From: Kiritimatiellia bacterium
Lineage (GTDB): Bacteria > Verrucomicrobiota > Kiritimatiellia > RZYC01
NCBI GenBank assembly: GCA_028708815.1
Contig: JAQVYB010000002.1
Span: 1,495 to 65,494 of the forward strand
DNA length: 64,000 nt
Direction of reading: 5' to 3'
Shown here: positions 61,340 through 64,000 of the stretch, piece after piece
Numbering within the stretch: the stretch's first letter is position 1
How the letters are laid out: each line of letters opens with the position of its first letter
Made by a program: the position numbers and the translations under genes
The notes under the pieces: model-generated
Seen by the model: the letters and a program-made list of their open reading frames with translations, nothing else
Told to the model about the DNA's origin: nothing
Databases searched by the model: none

Positions 61340-61478
61340 TTCCAATCATTGGAACTTTTTTTCTCGTTTTTTCCAATCATTGGAAACTTTTTTTCGGTTT
61401 TTTCCAATCGTTGGAAACTTTTCCGGCGTTTTTTCCAATCGTTGGAAACTTTTTTTTCATTTTTTCCAATCATTGGAA
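61340..61478. repeat. 31-bp tandem array (about 4.6 units), each unit carrying the TTCCAAT(C)(A/G)TTGGAA inverted repeat
   Basis: Cores at 61340, 61371, 61402, 61433 and 61464. Units 1, 2 and 5 are perfect 7+1+7 palindromes. Units 3 and 4 share an A->G change. Confidence 0.9.
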
Positions 61479-64000
61479 ACTTGTCGGGCGCCTGTTTTTG
61501 TTCGTTCGGCGGGGGTGCTGCTGCTGGTCTGCGCGGGGGTGACGGCGGCGGGGCCGGTTCCGTTTGAGGAGGACGATACGATCGAGGAAATCCGGGAGAA
61601 GATCGCACTGAATGGGTACGCCTTCGAGGTGGCGACGAATGCGGTGTTCAATCTGCCGAGGGCGGAACGCAAGGCGCTGCATAACCGGCGTGCTTCGGAG
61701 CCGTCGAATTACCGGATGGCGGTGCCGGAGGATGCGGGGCCGCTCGAAGAGGTGTTGAAGGAGAGAAAGGCGCTGCCGGCGGCGTTTGACTGGCGGGACG
61801 TCGAGGGGCGTGCCTACATTGGCGGGGTGCGGGATCAGGGCAGTTGCGGGTCGTGTTATGCGTTCGGTGCGTGCGCGGCGGCGGAGAGCACCTACAATTA
61901 CGCGATGGGTTTGTATGATGGGAGCGCGGTGGATTTTTCGGAATCGTTCATCATTTGGTGTCTGGGGACGTTGCCGGATTACAACGAGCATTTTTACGGA
62001 TGCGACGGCGCGGATTATGATTATGCGGAACTGACGGCGATGACGCGGGAGGGCATCAGCTATGAGTCGGCCTTTCCCTATACGGTTTCCGGCTCGTGCG
62101 GTACGCATTGGAATGATCCGCGCGTGGTGTTTGATTCCTGGCATCGGATTCCGTGCGGCGACATCGAGGCGATCAAGACGGCGATCATGACGTATGGCGC
62201 GGTGGACGTGGCGGTCTATGTCGGTTCGGCTTTTGATGCCTACAGCAGCGGTATCTATGAGGATACACGCACGGCGTGCAACGGGTCGCCCTGCTATTAC
62301 ACCACCGCCAATCACGCGGTTGCGCTGGTGGGCTGGAACGATGCCGACGGGGGATATTGGATTCTGCGCAACAGTTGGGGCACGGGTTGGGGCGAGGGTG
62401 GGTATATGCGCATCCGCTACACCTCCGCCGTGGTCTCCTGCGAGGCCTGTTATTTCTATATGGAAACAGGCCCCACGATCACCACGCTGGCCGCCTCGAA
62501 CCTGGGCGATAACACGGCCCGCCTGCACGGCACGGTCAACCCGAACAACCAGTATACGCAGTATTATTTTCAATACGGACTCAGCACCGCCTATGGGAAC
62601 AACACGCCCACCCAAAGCGCGGGCAGCGGAAGCACCGAGGTGAATGTGCAGGCCGATCTTACCGGACTCGAACCACGCACCCTCTACCACTTCCGCCTCC
62701 TGGGCGTGAGCGGCGGACGCAGTATCCCCGGCGCCGACCGAACCTTCACCACCACCGGCGCGGCCGTGCCGCCCGATGTGGTGAGCCTCCCCGCGACCGG
62801 CATTTCGCATGAGTATGCCACGTTGAATGCGACGGTGAATCCGCGCGGCGCGGCGACCACCGCCTGGTTTGAATACGGTACAAATGCCGCGTATGGAAGG
62901 GCCACGTCCAAAACGGCGCTCGGTTCGGGCTCCACGGCGGTAAGCGCGAACCGGGCCATTACCGGGCTCCTGCCCGAGACGACGTATCACTTTCGTGCCG
63001 CCGCTTCGAATGCCGCCGGGATCACGTACGGCACCGGCCTTACCCTGCTTACTCTCCCGACCCCGCTCACGTTTATTGAGGAGGGTTTCGAGCATGGCGG
63101 GGAGATGCCCTCGGGTTGGACGGAGGAGTATGTGCGCCCCTGCGTGAATTGGCTGTTCCGCAACGGCGGCGATCAGTATCCCACCGCCGCGCACTCCGGC
63201 AGCTATAATGCCTATGCGTATTATGAGGGATGGGATGGACGCAGCACGCGCCTGATCACCCCGCCCATTGATTTTGGAACCAACCGCTATGCGAAGCTGA
63301 CGTTCTGGCTGTTCAATGAAAACTGGGCGGGCGATCAGGATGTCCTGCGCGTACTGACCCGCAACTCCGAGCTGGAAGAATGGACGCTCACGGGAAGCTG
63401 GGATCAGAATCTCGCCGCGTGGACGCAGCAATCCATCTACCTGACGAATCTGAGCTCCACCTGTTTTGTCGCCTTCGAGGGCCTGCTCAATTACGGCTAT
63501 GGCATTGCCGTGGATGATGTCATCATTGCCACCTGTGAGGCGCCCCCGGCGCCCACTCCCGCGCCCCCGGCTGCCCGCGCCGTGCGCAATGATTTCGATG
63601 GCGATGCCCGTTCGGACATCGGCTGCTATTACCCGCCCTCGGGTGACTGGTATTTCTATTTCAGCTCGAGCGGGTACGCCCAACGCGTGCTCGGGCACGT
63701 TAATTTCGTGCCCGTGACGGATGATTTCGATGGCGACGGCCTCTGCGATTACGCCACCTATTACGCACCCTACGGTTGGTGGGATATTCAGTGTTCTTCT
63801 GAAGGCCTGCGCCAAAATGATTTTGGTTTCGCCGGAACCCTTCCGATCACCGGGGATTTCGATGGCGATCGCTACGCCGATTACGGATGCTATTATCCGC
63901 CCACCGGCGCGTGGTATATTTACAAGAGCCGCGGCGGCTTCTGGATGAATTATTTCGGCTACAGCGGGACCCTACCCGTGATCGGCGATTTCGATGGCGA
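61473..64000 (+). CDS. secreted papain-like (C1) cysteine peptidase with Fn3-like repeats, jelly-roll (MAM/choice-of-anchor-J-like) domain and FG-GAP/VCBS-like repeats; 3' end outside window
   Basis: Frame 3 is open to the window end, which is why it is absent from the ORF track. VRDQGSCGSCYAFGA (catalytic Cys), NHAVALVGW (His), ILRNSWGTGWGEGGY. Two LHGTVNP...Y.F.YG repeats. NDFDGD repeats at the end. Start uncertain: TTG 61473, GTG 61515 or ATG 61290. Confidence 0.8.
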   Translation, partial: METCRAPVFVRSAGVLLLVCAGVTAAGPVPFEEDDTIEEIREKIALNGYAFEVATNAVFNLPRAERKALHNRRASEPSNYRMAVPEDAGPLEEVLKERKALPAAFDWRDVEGRAYIGGVRDQGSCGSCYAFGACAAAESTYNYAMGLYDGSAVDFSESFIIWCLGTLPDYNEHFYGCDGADYDYAELTAMTREGISYESAFPYTVSGSCGTHWNDPRVVFDSWHRIPCGDIEAIKTAIMTYGAVDVAVYVGSAFDAYSSGIYEDTRTACNGSPCYYTTANHAVALVGWNDADGGYWILRNSWGTGWGEGGYMRIRYTSAVVSCEACYFYMETGPTITTLAASNLGDNTARLHGTVNPNNQYTQYYFQYGLSTAYGNNTPTQSAGSGSTEVNVQADLTGLEPRTLYHFRLLGVSGGRSIPGADRTFTTTGAAVPPDVVSLPATGISHEYATLNATVNPRGAATTAWFEYGTNAAYGRATSKTALGSGSTAVSANRAITGLLPETTYHFRAAASNAAGITYGTGLTLLTLPTPLTFIEEGFEHGGEMPSGWTEEYVRPCVNWLFRNGGDQYPTAAHSGSYNAYAYYEGWDGRSTRLITPPIDFGTNRYAKLTFWLFNENWAGDQDVLRVLTRNSELEEWTLTGSWDQNLAAWTQQSIYLTNLSSTCFVAFEGLLNYGYGIAVDDVIIATCEAPPAPTPAPPAARAVRNDFDGDARSDIGCYYPPSGDWYFYFSSSGYAQRVLGHVNFVPVTDDFDGDGLCDYATYYAPYGWWDIQCSSEGLRQNDFGFAGTLPITGDFDGDRYADYGCYYPPTGAWYIYKSRGGFWMNYFGYSGTLPVIGDFDG

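Noticed and set aside
61340-61478. Possibility that the 31-bp repeat array is a CRISPR array.
   Set aside because: The repeat period is only 31 bp, with 16-nt T-rich, near-identical spacers. No cas genes or leader are present, and the same palindrome occurs singly elsewhere.

Overview
GC-rich window from a diderm bacterium. The giant glycoside-hydrolase/LamG surface proteins suggest a PVC-type lineage, but that is inference only. Four blocks are visible.

(1) 1-18.1 kb, flagellar late-gene region. It holds five flagellin paralogues around fliW-csrA, a GT2 enzyme, a Maf-type (DUF115) flagellin glycosylation protein, fliS, cheY and cheX. It also holds a FlgM-like anti-sigma factor and flgF-flgG-flgA. 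I can read five sigma54 (-24/-12) promoters, one near-consensus sigma28 promoter, and intrinsic terminators.

(2) 18.2-25.6 kb, signalling block. A solute-binding protein gene is coupled to a multi-PAS histidine kinase. Three response regulators follow, with non-catalytic outputs: HDOD, degenerate HD-GYP, and a DHp-only domain.

(3) 25.9-41.3 kb, minus-strand envelope block. It encodes a 2886-aa GH-A/CBM/LamG surface protein, a 1158-aa protein with three lamin-tail-like repeats, and a HlyD adaptor plus TolC-like lipoprotein with no pump gene.

(4) 41.5-57.1 kb, glycan-synthesis cluster. It contains GT1, GT2, two GT2-GT1 fusions, a GT34-like enzyme, GtrA, a GT-C-like membrane protein and two methyltransferases, with a visibly lower-GC core. 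A TonB-dependent receptor, topB and a 3'-truncated C1-peptidase multidomain protein follow.

No rRNA, tRNA, CRISPR array, transposase or integrase was recognised.

The most unusual signal is a 15-bp palindrome, TTCCAAT-C-ATTGGAA. Five copies spaced exactly 31 bp apart lie between topB and the peptidase gene. Three more sit on the boundaries of glycan genes, together with an 81-bp duplicated gene 5' end.

Secondary signals are a G10 tract inside a GT1 gene and an A9 tract at the start of a GT2-GT1 gene. There is also an apparent split of sigma54, sigma28 and CsrA control across the flagellin paralogues. All functional calls come from motif recognition by eye; no searches were run.
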